Part shown: piece by piece, positions 12,501 through 26,594 of the stretch
Layout: each line of letters opens with the position of its first letter
Numbering within the stretch: the stretch's first letter is position 1
DNA from: the human T2T-CHM13v2.0 reference genome, Homo sapiens
Direction: 5' to 3' (one strand)
DNA: 64,000 bases
Assembly (NCBI RefSeq): GCF_009914755.1
Contig: NC_060936.1
Translations under genes and position numbers: made by a program
The notes under the pieces: model-generated
Databases searched by the model: none
What the model was told of the DNA's origin: nothing
The model's input: the letters and a program-made list of their open reading frames with translations, nothing else

Positions 12501-15500
12501 TGTTTCCTTTTCTACCGTAGGCCTCAAAGCGCTTGAAATCTCCAGCTGCAAATTCCACAAAAAGGGTGTTTAACATCTGCTCTTCTAAAGGAAAGTTCAA
12601 CTCTATGAGTTGAATACACACAGCACAAAGAAGTTACTGAGACTTCTCCTATCAAACATTATATGAAGAAATCCCGTTTCCAACGAAGGCCTCAAAGAGG
12701 TCAAATATCTGCTTGCAGACTTTACAGACAGAGTGTTTCCAAACTACTCTATGAAAAGAAAGCTTAAACTCCTTGAGTTGAACGCACACATCACAAAGTA
12801 GTTTCTGAGAATGATTCTGTCTAGTTTTTATACGAAGATGTTTCCTTTTCTACATTTGGTCTCAAAGCGATTGAAATCTCCAACTGGAAACTGCACAAAT
12901 AGGGTGTTTCAAATCTGCTCTGTCTAAAGGAAGGTTCAACTCTGTGAGTTGAATACACACACCACAAATAAGTTACTGAGAATTCTTCTGTCGAACATTA
13001 CAGGAAGAAATCCCGTTTCCAACGAAGGCCTCAAAGAGGTCCAAATATCCACTTGCAGACATTACAAACAGTGTGTTTCCCAACTGCTCCATCAAAAGAA
13101 AGGTTAAACTCTGTGAGCTGAACACACACATCAAAAAGAAGTTTCTGTGAATGATTCTGTCTAGATTTTATAAGAAGATGTTTCCTTTTCTACCTTAGCC
13201 CTCAAAGCGCTTGAAATCTCCAGCTGGAAATTCCACAAAAAGGGTGTTTAACATCTGCTCTTCTAAAGGAAAGTTCAACTCTATGAGTTGAATACACACA
13301 GCACAAAGAAGTTACTGAGACTTCTCCTATCAAACATTATATGAAGAAATCCCGTTTCCAACGAAGGCCTCAAAGAGGTCCAAATATCTGCTTGCAGATT
13401 TTACAGACAGAGTGTTTCCAAACTGCTCCATCAAAAGAAAGGTTAAACTCCTTGAGTTGAACACACACATCACAAACTAGTTTCTGTGAATGATTCTGTC
13501 TAGTTTTTATACGAAGATGTTTCCTTTTCTACCTTTGGTCTCAAAGCGATTGAAATCTCCACATGGAAACTCCACAAAAAGAGTGTTTCAAATCTGCTCT
13601 TTCTGAAGGAAGGTTCAACTCTGTGAGTTGAATACACACACCACAAATAAGTTACTGAGAATTCTTCTGTGTAACATTATATGAGGAAATCCCGTTTCCA
13701 ACGAAGGCCTCAAAGAGGTCCAAATATCCACTTGCAGACTTTACAAACACAGTGTCTCCAAACTCCTCCATCAAAAGAAAGGTTATACTCTGTGAATTGA
13801 ACGCACACATCACAAAGTAGTTTCTGAGAATGATTCTGTCTAGTTTTTATACGAAGATATTTCCTTTTCTACATTTGGCCTAAAAGTGCTTGAAATCTCC
13901 ACCTGCAAATATCACAAAAAGAGGGTTTCACATCTGCTCTGTCTAAAGGACAGTTCACCTCTGTGAGTGGAATAGAGGCAACACAAAGAACTTACTCAGT
14001 ATTCTTCTTTCTAGCATTCTATGAAGAAATCCCGTTTCCAACGAAGGCCTCAAAGAGGTCCAAATATCTGCTTGCAGACTTTACAGACAGAGTTTTTCCA
14101 AACTACTCTATGAAAAGAAAGCTTAAATCCTTGAGTTGAACGCACACATCACAAAATAGTTTCTGAGAATGATTCTGTCTTGTTTTTATACCAAGATCTT
14201 TCCGTTTCTATGATTGGCCTCAAAGCGATTGAAATCTCCAACTGGAAACTGCACAAATAGGGTGTTTCAAATCTGCTCTGTCTAAAGGAAGGTTCAACTC
14301 TGTGAGTTGAATACACACACAACAAATAAGTTACTGAGAATTCTTCTGTTGAACATTACATGAAGAAATCCCGTTTCCAACGAAGGCCTCAAAGAGGTCC
14401 AAATATCCACTTGCAGACATTACAAACAGAGTGTTTCCAAACTGCTCCATCAAAGGAAAGGTTAAACTCTGTGAGCTGAACACACACATCAAAAAGAAGT
14501 TTCTGTGAATGATTCTGTCTAGATTTTATAAGAAGATGTTTCCTTTTCTACCGTAGGCCTCAAAGCGCTTGAAATCTCCAGCTGCAAATTCCACAAAAAG
14601 GGTGTTTAACATCTGCTCTTCTAAAGGAAAGTTCAACTCTATGAGTTGAATACACACAGCACAAAGAAGTTACTGAGACTTCTCCCATCAAACATTATAT
14701 GAAGAAATCCCGTTTCCAACGAAGGCCTCAAAGAGGTCCAAATATCTGCTTGCAGACTTTACAGACAGAGTGTTTCCAAACTGCTCCATCAAAAGAAAGG
14801 TTAAACTCCTTGAGTTGAACACACACATCACAAAGTAGTTTCTGTGAATGATTCTGTCTAGTTTTTATACGAAGATGTTTCCTTTTCTACCTTTGGTCTC
14901 AAAGCGATTGAAATCTCCACATGGAAACTCCACAAAAAGAGTGTTTCAAATCTGCTCTTTCTGAAGGAAGGTTCAACTCTGTGAGTTGAATACACACACC
15001 ACAAATAAGTTACTAAGAATTCTTCTGTGTAACATTATATGAGGAAATCCCGTTTCCAACGAAGGCCTCAAAGAGATCCAAATATCCACTTGCAGACTTT
15101 ACAAAGACAGTGTCTCCAAACTCCTCCATCAAAAGAAAGGTTATACTCTGTGAATTGAACGCACACATCACAAAGTAGTTTCTGAGAATGATTGTGTCTA
15201 GTTTTTATACGAAGATATTTCCTTTTCTACATTTGGCCTAAAAGCGCTTGAAATCTCCACATGCAAATATCACAAAAACAGGGTTTCACATCTGCTCTGT
15301 CTAAAGGACAGTTCACCTCTGTGAGTTGAATAGAGGCAACACAAAGAACTTACTCAGTATTCTTCTTTCTAGCGTTCTATGAAGAAATCCCGTTTCCAAC
15401 GAAGGCCTCGAAGAGGTCCAAATATCTGCTTGCAGACTTTACAGACAGAGTGTTTCCAAACTACTCTATGAAAAGAAAGCTTAAACTCCTTGAGTTGAAC

Positions 15501-18500
15501 GCACACATCACAAAGTAGTTTCTGAGAATGATTCTGTCTAGTTTTTATACGAAGATGTTTCCTTTTCTACATTTGGTCTCAAAGCGATTGAAATCTCCAA
15601 CTGGAAACTGCACAAATAGGGTGTTTCAAATCTGCTCTGTCTAAAGGAAGGTTCAACTCTGTGAGTTGAATACACACACCACACATAAGTTACTGAGAAT
15701 TCTTCTGTCGAACATTACAGGAAGAAATCCCGTTACCAACGAAGGCCTCAAAGAGGTCCAAATATCCACTTGCAGACATTACAACCAGTGTGTTTGCAAA
15801 CTGCTCCATCAAAAGAAAGGTTAAACTCTGTGAGCTGAACACACACATCAAAAAGAAGTTTCTGTGAATGATTCTGTCTAGATTTTATAAGAAGATGTTT
15901 CCTTTTCTACCGTAGGCCTCAAAGCGCTTGAAATCTCCAGCTGCAAATTCCACAAAAAGGGTGTTTAACATCTGCTCTTCTAAAGGAAAGTTCAACTCTA
16001 TGAGTTGAATACACACAGCACAAAGAAGTTTCTGAGACTTCTCCTATCAAACATTATATGAAGAAATCCCGTTTCCAACGAAGGCCTCAAAGAGGTCCAA
16101 ATATCTGCTTGCAGACTTTACAGACAGAGTGTTTCCAAACTGCTCCATCAAAAGAAAGGTTAAACTCCTTGAGTTGAACACACACATCACAAAGTAGTTT
16201 CTGTGAATGATTCTGTCTAGTTTTTATACGAAGATGTTTCCTTTTCTACCTTTGGTCTCAAAGCGATTGAAATCTCCACATGGAAACTCCACAAAAAGAG
16301 TGTTTCAAATCTGCTCTTTCTGAAGGAAGGTTCAACTCTGTGAGTTGAATACACACACCACAAATAAGTTACTGAGAATTCTTCTGTGTAACATTATATG
16401 AGGAAATCCCGTTTCCAACGAAGGCCTCATAGAGGTCCAAATATCCACTTGCAGACTTTACAAAGACAGTGTCTCCAAACTCCTCCATCGAAAGAATGGT
16501 TATACTCTGTGAATTGAACGCACACATCACAAAGTAGTTTCTGAGAATGATTCTGTCTAGTTTTTATACGAAGATATTTCCTTTTCTACATTTGGCCTAA
16601 AAGCGCTTGAAATCTCCACCTGCAAATATCACAAAAAGAGGGTTTCACATCTGCTCTGTCTAAAGGACAGTTCACCTCTGTGAGTTGAATAGAGGCAACA
16701 CAAAGAACTTACTCAGTATTCTTCTTTCTAGCGTTCTATGAAGAAATCCCGTTTCCAACGAAGGCCCCAAAGAGGTCCAAATATCTGCTTGCAGACTTTA
16801 CAGACAGAGTGTTTCCAAACTACTCTATGAAAAGAAAGCTTAAACTCCTTGAGTTGAACGCACACATCACAAAGTAGTTTCTGAGAATGATTCTGTCTAG
16901 TTTTTATACGAAGATGTTTCCTTTTCTACATTTGGTCTCAAAGCGATTGAAATCTCCAACTGGAAACTGCACAAATAGGCTGTTTCAAATCTGCTCTGTC
17001 TAAAGGAAGGTTCAACTCTGTGAGTTGAATACACACACCACAAATAAGTTACTGAGAATTCTTCCGTCGAACATTACTTGAAGAAATCCCGTTTCCAACG
17101 AAGGCCTCAAAGAGGTCCAAATATCCACTTGCAGACATTACAAACAGAGTGTTTCCAAAACTGCTCCATCAAAAGAAAGGTTAAACTCTGTGAGCTGAAC
17201 ACACACATCAAAAAGAAGTTTCTGTGAATGATTCTGTCTAGATTTTATAAGAAGATGTTTCCTTTTCTACCGTAGGCCTCAAAGCGCTTGAAATCTCCAG
17301 CTGCAAATTCCACAAAAAGGGTGTTTAACAACTGCTCTTCTAAAGGAAAGTTCAACTCTATGAGTTGAATACACACAGCACAAAGAAGTTACTGAGACTT
17401 CTCCTATCAAACATTATATGAAGAAATCCCGTTTCCAACGAAGGCCTGAAAGAGGTCCAAATATCTGCTTGCAGACTTTACAGACAGAGTGTTTCCAAAC
17501 TGCTCCATCAAAAGAAAGGTTAAACTCCTTTAGTTGAACACACACATCACAAAGTAGTTTCTGTGAATGATTCTGTCTAGTTTTTATACGAAGATGTTTC
17601 CTTTTCTACCTTTGGTCTCAAAGCGATTGAAATCTCCACATGGAAACTCCACAAAAAGAGTGTTTCAAATCTGCTCTTTCTGAAGGAAGGTTCAACTCTG
17701 TGAGTTGAATACACACACCACAAATAAGTTACTGAGAATTCTTCTGTGTAACATTATATGAGGAAATCCCGTTTCCAACGAAGGCCTCAAAGAGGTCCAA
17801 ATATCCACTTGCAGACTTTACAAAGACAGTGTCTCCAAACTCCCCCATCAAAAGAAAGGTTATACTCTGTGAATTGAACGCACACATCACAAAGTAGTTT
17901 CTGAGAATGATTCTGTCTAGTTTTTATACGAAGATATTTCCTTTTCTACATTTGGCCTAAAAGCGCTTGAAATCTCCACCTGCAAATATCACAAAAAGAG
18001 GGTTTCACATCTGCTCTATCTAAAGGAGAGTTCACCTCTGTGAGTTGAATAGAGGCAACACAAAGAACTTACTCAGTATTCTTCTTTCTAGCGTTCTATG
18101 AAGAAATCCCGTTTCCAACGAAGGCCTCAAAGAGGTCAAATATCTGCTTGCAGACTTTACAGACAGAGTGTTTCCAAACTACTCTATGAAAAGAAAGCTT
18201 AAACTCCTTGAGTTGAACGCACACATCACAAAGTAGTTTCTGAGAATGATTCTGTCTAGTTTTTATACGAAGATGTTTCCTTTTCTACATTTGGTCTCAA
18301 AGCGATTGAAATCTCCAACTGGAAACTGCACAAATAGGCTGTTTCAAATCTGCTCTGTCTAAAGGAAGGTTCAACTCTGTGAGTTGAATACACACACCAC
18401 AAATAAGTTACTGAGAATTCTTCTGTCGAACATTACTTGAAAAAATCCCGTTTCCAACGAAGGCCTCAAGGAGGTCCAAATAACCACTTGCAGACATTAC

Positions 18501-21499
18501 AAACAGAGTGTTTCCAAACTGCTCCATCAAAAGAAAGGTTAAACTCTGTGAGCTGAACACACACATCAAAAAGAAGTTTCTGTGAATGATTCTGTCTAGA
18601 TTTTATAAGATGTTTCCTTTTCTACCGTAGGCCTCAAAGCGCTTGAAATCTCCAGCTGCAAATTCCACAAACAGGGTGTTTAACATCTGCTCTTCTAAAG
18701 GAAAGTTCAACTCTATGAGTTGAATACACACAGCACAAAGAAGTTACTGAGACTTCTCCTATCAAACATTATATGAAGAAATCCCGTTTCCAACGAAGGC
18801 CTCAAAGAGGTCCAAATATCTGCTTGCAGACTTTACAGACACAGTTTTTCCAAACTGCTCCATCAAGAGAAAGGTTAAACTCCTTGAGTTGAACACACAC
18901 ATCACAAAGTAGTTTCTGTGAATGATTCTGTCTAGTTTTTATACGAAGATGTTTCCTTTTCTAGCTTTGGTCTCAAAGCGATTGAAATCTCCACATGGAA
19001 ACTCCACAAAAAGAGTGTTTCAAATCTGCTCTTTCCGAAGGAAGGTTCAACTCTGTGAGTTGAATACACACACCACAAATAAGTTACTGAGAATTCTTCT
19101 GTGTAACATTATATGAGGAAATCCCGTTTCCAACGAAGGCCTCAAAGAGGTCCAAATATCCACTTGCAGACTTTACAAAGACAGTGTCTCCAAACTCCTC
19201 CATCAAAAGAAAGGTTATCCTCTGTGAATTGAACGCACACATCACAAAGTAGTTTCTGAGAATGATTCTGTCTAGTTTTTATACGAAGATATTTCCTTTT
19301 CTACATTTGGCCTCAAAGCGCTTGAAATCTCCACCTGCAAATATCACAAAAAGAGGGTTTCACATCTGCTCTGTCTAAAGGACAGTTCACCTCTGTGAGT
19401 TGAATAGAGGCAACACAAAGAACTTACTCAGTATTCTTCTTTCTAGCGTTCTATGAAGAAATCCCGTTTCCAACGAAGGCCCCAAAGAGGTCCAAATATC
19501 TGCTTGCAGACTTTACAGACAGAGTGTTTCCAAACTACTCTATGAAAAGAAAGCTTAAACTCCTTGAGTTGAACGCACACATCACAAAGTAGTTTCTGAG
19601 AATGATTCTGTCTAGTTTTTATACGAAGATGTTTCCTTTTCTACATTTGGTCTCAAAGCGATTGAAATCTCCAACTGGAAACTGCACAAATAGGGTGTTT
19701 CAAATCTGCTCTGTCTAAAGGAAGGTTCAACTCTGTGAGTTGAATACACACACCACAAATAAGTTACTGAGAATTCTTCTGTCGAACATTACTTGAAGAA
19801 ATCCCGTTTCCAACGAAGGCCTCAAAGAGGTCCAAATATCCACTTGCAGACATTACAAACAGAGTGTTTCCAAACTGCTCCATCAAAAGAAAGGTTAAAC
19901 TCTGTGAGCTGAACACACACATCAAAAAGAAGTTTCTGTGAATGATTCTGTCTAGATATTATAAGAAGATGTTTCCTTTTCTACCGTAGGCCTCAAAGCG
20001 CTTGAAATCTCCAGCTGCAAATTCCACAAAAAGGGTGTTTAACATCTGCTCTTCTAAAGGAAAGTTCAACTCTATGAGTTGAATACACACAGCACAAAGA
20101 AGTTACTGAGACTTCTCCTATCAAACATTACATGAAGAAATCCCGTTTCCAACGAAGGCCTCAAAGAGGTCCAAATATCTGCTTGCAGACTTTACAGACA
20201 GAGTGTTTCCAATCTGCTCCATCAAAAGAAAGGTTAAACTCCTTGAGTTGAACACACACATCACAAAGTAGTTTCTGTGAATGATTCTGTCTAGTTTTTA
20301 TACGAAGATGTTTCCTTTTGTACCTTTGGTCTCAAAGCGATTGAAATCTCCACATGGAAACTCCACAAAAAGGGTGTTTCAAATCTGCTCTTTCTGAAGG
20401 AAGGTTCAACTCTGTGAGTTGAACACACACACCACAAATAAGTTACTGAGAATTCTTCTGTGTAACATTATATGAGGAAATCCCGTTTCCAACGAAGGCC
20501 TCAAAGAGGTCCAAATATCCACTTGCAGACTTTACAAAGACAGGGTCTCCAAACTCCTCCATCAAAAGAAAGGTTATACTCTGTGAATTGAATGCACACA
20601 TCACAAAGTAGTTTCTGAGAATGATTCTGTCTAGTTTTTATACGAAGATATTTCCTTTTCTACATTTGGCCTAAAAGCGCTTGAAATCTCCACCTGCAAA
20701 TATCACAAAAAGAGGGTTTCACATCTGCTCTGTCTAAAGGACAGTTCACCTCTGTGAGTTGAATAGAGGCAACACAAAGAACTTACTCAGTATTCTTCTT
20801 TCCAGCGTTCTATGAAGAAATCCCTTTTCCAACGAAGGCCTCAAATAGGTCCAAATATCTGCTTGCAGACTTTACAGACAGAGTGTTTCCAAACTACTCT
20901 ATGAAAAGAAAGCTTAAACTCCTTGAGTTGAACGCACACATCACAAAGTAGTTTCTGAGAATGATTCTGTCTAGTTTTTATACGAAGATGTTTCCTTTTC
21001 TACATTTGGTCTCAAAGCGATTGAAATCTCCAACTGGAAACTGCACAAATAGGGTGTTTCAAATCTGCTCTGTCTAAAGGAAGGTTCAACTCTGTGAGTT
21101 GAATACACACACCACAAATAAGTTACTGAGAATTCTTCTGTCGAACATTACAGGAAGAAATCCCGTTTCCAACGAAGGCCTCAAAGAGGTCCAAATATCC
21201 ACTTGCAGACATTACAAACAGTGTGTTTCCCAACTGCTCCATCAAAAGAAAGGTTAAACTCTGTGAGCTGAACACACACATCAAAAAGAAGTTTCTGTGA
21301 ATGATTCTGTCTAGATTTTATAAGAAGATGTTTCCTTTTCTACCGTAGGCCTCAAAGCGCTTGAAATCTCCAGCTGCAAATTCCACAAAAAGGGTGTTTA
21401 ACATCTGCTCTTCTAAAGGAAAGTTCAACTCTATGAGTTGAATACACACAGCACAAAGAAGTTACTGAGACTTCTCCTATCAAACATTATATGAAGAAA

Positions 21500-21839
21500 T
21501 CCCGTTTCCAACGAAGGCCTCAAAGAGGTCCAAATATCTGCTTGCAGACTTTACAGACAGAGTGTTTCCAAACTGCTCCATCAAAAGAAAGGTTAAACTC
21601 CTTGAGTTGAACACACACATCACAAAGTAGTTTCTGTGAATGATTCTGTCTAGTTTTTATACGAAGATGTTTCCTTTTCTACATTTGGTCTCAAAGCGAT
21701 TGAAATCTCCAACTGGAAACTGCACAAATAGGGTGTTTCAAATCTGCTCTGTCTAAAGGAAGGTTCAACTCTGTGAGTTGAATACACACACCACAAATAA
21801 GTTACTGAGAATTCTTCTGTCGAACATTACAGGAAGAAA
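21500..21839 (-). repeat. Hybrid D/B dimer producing a C-(D/B)-C-D variant
   Basis: Starts as D (CTGCTCCATC...CCTTGAG...CTGTGAATG) but ends as B (ACATTTGG...CAACTGGAAACTGCAC...GTCGAAC). Confidence 0.85.
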
Positions 21840-24800
21840 TCCCGTTTCCAACGAAGGCCTCAAAGAGGTCCAAATATCCACTTGCAGACATTACAAACAG
21901 AGTGTTTCCAAACTGCTCCATCAAAAGAAAGGTTAAACTCTGTGAGCTGAACACACACATCAAAAAGAAGTTTCTGTGAATGATTCTGTCTAGATTTTAT
22001 AAGAAGATGTTTCCTTTTCTACCGTAGGCCTCAAAGCGCTTGAAATCTCCAGCTGCAAATTCCACAAAAAGGGTGTTTAACATCTGCTCTTCTAAAGGAA
22101 AGTTCAACTCTATGAGTTGAATACACACAGCACAAAGAAGTTACTGAGACTTCTCCCATCAAACATTATATGAAGAAATCCCGTTTCCAACGAAGGCCTC
22201 AAAGAGGTCCAAATATCTGCTTGCAGACTTTACAGACAGAGTGTTTCCAAACTGCTCCATCAAAAGAAAGGTTAAACTCCTTGAGTTGAACACACACATC
22301 ACAAAGTAGTTTCTGTGAATGATTCTGTCTAGTTTTTATACGAAGATGTTTCCTTTTCTACCTTTGGTCTCAAAGCGATTGAAATCTCCACATGGAAACT
22401 CCACAAAAAGAGTTTTTCAAATCTGCTCTTTCTGAAGGAAGGTTCAACTCTGTGAGTTGAATACACACACCACAAATAAGTTACTGAGAATTCTTCTGTG
22501 TAACATTATATGAGGAAATCCCGTTTCCAACGAAGGCCTCAAAGAGATCCAAATATCCACTTGCAGACTTTACAAAGACAGTGTCTCCAAACTCCTCCAT
22601 CAAAAGAAAGGTTATACTCTGTGAATTGAACGCACACATCACAAAGTAGTTTCTGAGAATGATTGTGTCTAGTTTTTATACGAAGATATTTCCTTTTCTA
22701 CATTTGGCCTCAAAGCGCTTGAAATCTCCACCTGCAAATATCACAAAAAGAGGGTTTCACATCTGCTCTGTCTAAAGGACAGTTCACCTCTGTGAGTTGA
22801 ATAGAGGCAACACAAAGAACTTACTCAGTATTCTTCTTTCTAGCGTTCTATGAAGAAATCCCGTTTCCAACGAAGGCCCCAAAGAGGTCAAATATCTGCT
22901 TGCAGACTTTACAGACAGAGTGTTTCCAAACTACTCTATGAAAAGAAAGCTTAAACTCCTTGAGTTGAACGCACACATCACAAAGTAGTTTCTGAGAATG
23001 ATTCTGTCTAGTTTTTATACAAAGATGTTTCCTTTTCTACATTTGGTCTCAAAGCGATTGAAATCTCCAACTGGAAACTGCAGAAATAGGGTGTTTCAAA
23101 TCTGCTCTGTCTAAAGGAAGGTTCAACTCTGTGAGTTGAATACACACACCACACATAAGTTACTGAGAATTCTTCTGTCGAACATTACAGGAAGAAATCC
23201 CGTTACCAACGAAGGCCTCAAAGAGGTCCAAATATCCACTTGCAGACATTACAAACAGTGTGTTTGCAAACTGCTCCATCAAAAGAAAGGTTAAACTCTG
23301 TGAGCTGAACACACACATCAAAAAGAAGTTTCTGTGAATGATTCTGTCTAGATTTTATAAGAAGATGTTTCCTTTTCTACCGTAGGCCTCAAAGCGCTTG
23401 AAATCTCCAGCTGCAAATTCCACAAAAAGGGTGTTTAACATCTGCTCTTCTAAAGGAAAGTTCAACTCTATGAGTTGAATACACACAGCACAAAGAAGTT
23501 TCTGAGACTTCTCCTATCAAACATTATATGAAGAAATCCCGTTTCCAACGAAGGCCTCAAAGAGGTCCAAATATCTGCTTGCAGACTTTACAGACAGAGT
23601 GTTTCCAAACTGCTCCATCAAAAGAAAGGTTAAACTCCTTGAGTTGAACACACACATCACAAAGTAGTTTCTGTGAATGATTCTGTCTAGTTTTTATACG
23701 AAGATGTTTCCTTTTCTACCTTTGGTCTCAAAGCGATTGAAATCTCCACATGGAAACTCCACAAAAAGAGTGTTTCAAATCTGCTCTTTCTGAAGGAAGG
23801 TTCAACTCTGTGAGTTGAATACACACACCACAAATAAGTTACTGAGAATTCTTCTGTGTAACATTATATGAGGAAATCCCGTTTCCAACGAAGGCCTCAA
23901 AGAGGTCCAAATATCCACTTGCAGACTTTACAAAGACAGTGTCTCCAAACTCCTCCATCGAAAGAATGGTTATACTCTGTGAATTGAACGCACACATCAC
24001 AAAGTAGTTTCTGAGAATGATTCTGTCTAGTTTTTATACGAAGATATTTCCTTTTCTACATTTGGCCTAAAAGCGCTTGAAATCTCCACCTGCAAATATC
24101 ACAAAAAGAGGGTTTCACATCTGCTCTGTCTAAAGGACAGTTCACCTCTGTGAGTTGAATAGAGGCAACACAAAGAACTTACTCAGTATTCTTCTTTCTA
24201 GCGTTCTATGAAGAAATCCCGTTTCCAACGAAGGCCCCAAAGAGGTCCAAATATCTGCTTGCAGACTTTACAGACAGAGTGTTTCCAAACTACTCTATGA
24301 AAAGAAAGCTTAAACTCCTTGAGTTGAACGCACACATCACAAAGTAGTTTCTGAGAATGATTCTGTCTAGTTTTTATACGAAGATGTTTCCTTTTCTACA
24401 TTTGGTCTCAAAGCGATTGAAATCTCCAACTGGAAACTGCACAAATAGGCTGTTTCAAATCTGCTCTGTCTAAAGGAAGGTTCAACTCTGTGAGTTGAAT
24501 ACACACACCACAAATAAGTTACTGAGAATTCTTCCGTCGAACATTACTTGAAGAAATCCCGTTTCCAACGAAGGCCTCAAAGAGGTCCAAATATCCACTT
24601 GCAGACATTACAAACAGAGTGTTTCCAAAACTGCTCCATCAAAAGAAAGGTTAAACTCTGTGAGCTGAACACACACATCAAAAAGAAGTTTCTGTGAATG
24701 ATTCTGTCTAGATTTTATAAGAAGATGTTTCCTTTTCTACCGTAGGCCTCAAAGCGCTTGAAATCTCCAGCTGCAAATTCCACAAAAAGGGTGTTTAACA

Positions 24801-26594
24801 TCTGCTCTTCTAAAGGAAAGTTCAACTCTATGAGTTGAATACACACAGCACAAAGAAGTTACTGAGACTTCTCCTATCAAACATTATATGAAGAAATCCC
24901 GTTTCCAACGAAGGCCTCAAAGAGGTCCAAATATCTGCTTGCAGACTTTACAGACAGAGTGTTTCCAAACTGCTCCATCAAAAGAAAGGTTAAACTCCTT
25001 GAGTTGAACACACACATCACAAAGTAGTTTCTGTGAATGATTCTGTCTAGTTTTTATACGAAGATGTTTCCTTTTCTACCTTTGGTCTCAAAGCGATTGA
25101 AATCTCCACATGGAAACTCCACAAAAAGAGTGTTTCAAATCTGCTCTTTCTGAAGGAAGGTTCAACTCTGTGAGTTGAATACACACACCACAAATAAGTT
25201 ACTGAGAATTCTTCTGTGTAACATTATATGAGGAAATCCCGTTTCCAACGAAGGCCTCAAAGAGGTCCAAATATCCACTTGCAGACTTTACAAAGACAGT
25301 GTCTCCAAACTCCTCCATCAAAAGAAAGGTTATACTCTGTGAATTGAACGCACACATCACAAAGTAGTTTCTGAGAATGATTCTGTCTAGTTTTTATACG
25401 AAGATATTTCCTTTTCTACATTTGGCCTAAAAGCGCTTGAAATCTCCACCTGCAAATATCACAAAAAGAGGGTTTCACATCTGCTCTGTCTAAAGGACAG
25501 TTCACCTCTGTGAGTTGAATAGAGGCAACACAAAGAACTTACTCAGTATTCTTCTTTCTAGCGTTCTATGAAGAAATCCCGTTTCCAACGAAGGCCTCAA
25601 AGAGGTCAAAGATCTGCTTGCAGACTTTACAGAGAGAGTGTTTCCAAACTACTCTATGAAAAGAAAGCTTAAACTCCTTGAGTTGAACGCACACATCACA
25701 AAGTAGTTTCTGAGAATGATTCTGTCTAGTTTTTATACGAAGATGTTTCCTTTTCTACATTTGGTCTCAAAGCGATTGAAATCTCCAACTGGAAACTGCA
25801 CAAAGAGGCTGTTTCAAATCTGCTCTGTCTAAAGGAAGGTTCAGCTCTGTGAGTTGAATACACACACCACAAATAAGTTACTGAGAATTCTTCTGTCGAA
25901 CATTACAGGAAGAAATCCCGTTTCCAACGAAGGCCTCAAAGAGGTCCAAATATCCACTTGCGGACATTACAAACAGTGTGTTTCCCAACTGCTCCATCAA
26001 AAGAAAGGTTAAACTCTGTGAGCTGAACACACACATCAAAAAGAAGTTTCTGTGAATGATTCTGTCTAGATTTTATAAGAAGATGTTTCCTTTTCTACCG
26101 TAGGCCTCAAAGCGCTTGAAATCTCCAGCTGCAAATTCCACAAAAAGGGTGTTTAACATCTGCTCTTCTAAAGGAAAGTTCAACTCTATGAGTTGAATAC
26201 ACACAGCACAAAGAAGTTACTGAGACTTCTCCTATCAGACATTATATGAAGAAATCCCGTTTCCAACGAAGGCCTCAAAGAGGTCCAAATATCTGCTTGC
26301 AGACTTTACAGACAGAGTGTTTCCAAACTGCTCCATCAAAAGAAAGGTTAAACTCCTTGAGTTGAACACACACATCACAAAGTAGTTTCTGTGAATGATT
26401 CTGTCTAGTTTTTATACGAAGATGTTTCCTTTTCTACCTTTGGTCTCAAAGCGATTGAAATCTCCACATGGAAACTCCACAAAAAGAGTGTTTCAAATCT
26501 GCTCTTTCTGAAGGAAGGTTCAACTCTGTGAGTTGAATACACACACCACAAATAAGTTACTGAGAATTCTTCTGTGTAACATTATATGAGGAAA

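Larger units (their letters stand above)
26..19036 (-). repeat. Large tandem duplication: block 1 is 10184 bp, block 2 is 8827 bp
   Basis: The rare variant TTTCCGAAGG has its first G at 26, 10210 and 19037, and private variants recur in the same order in both blocks. Confidence 0.9.
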
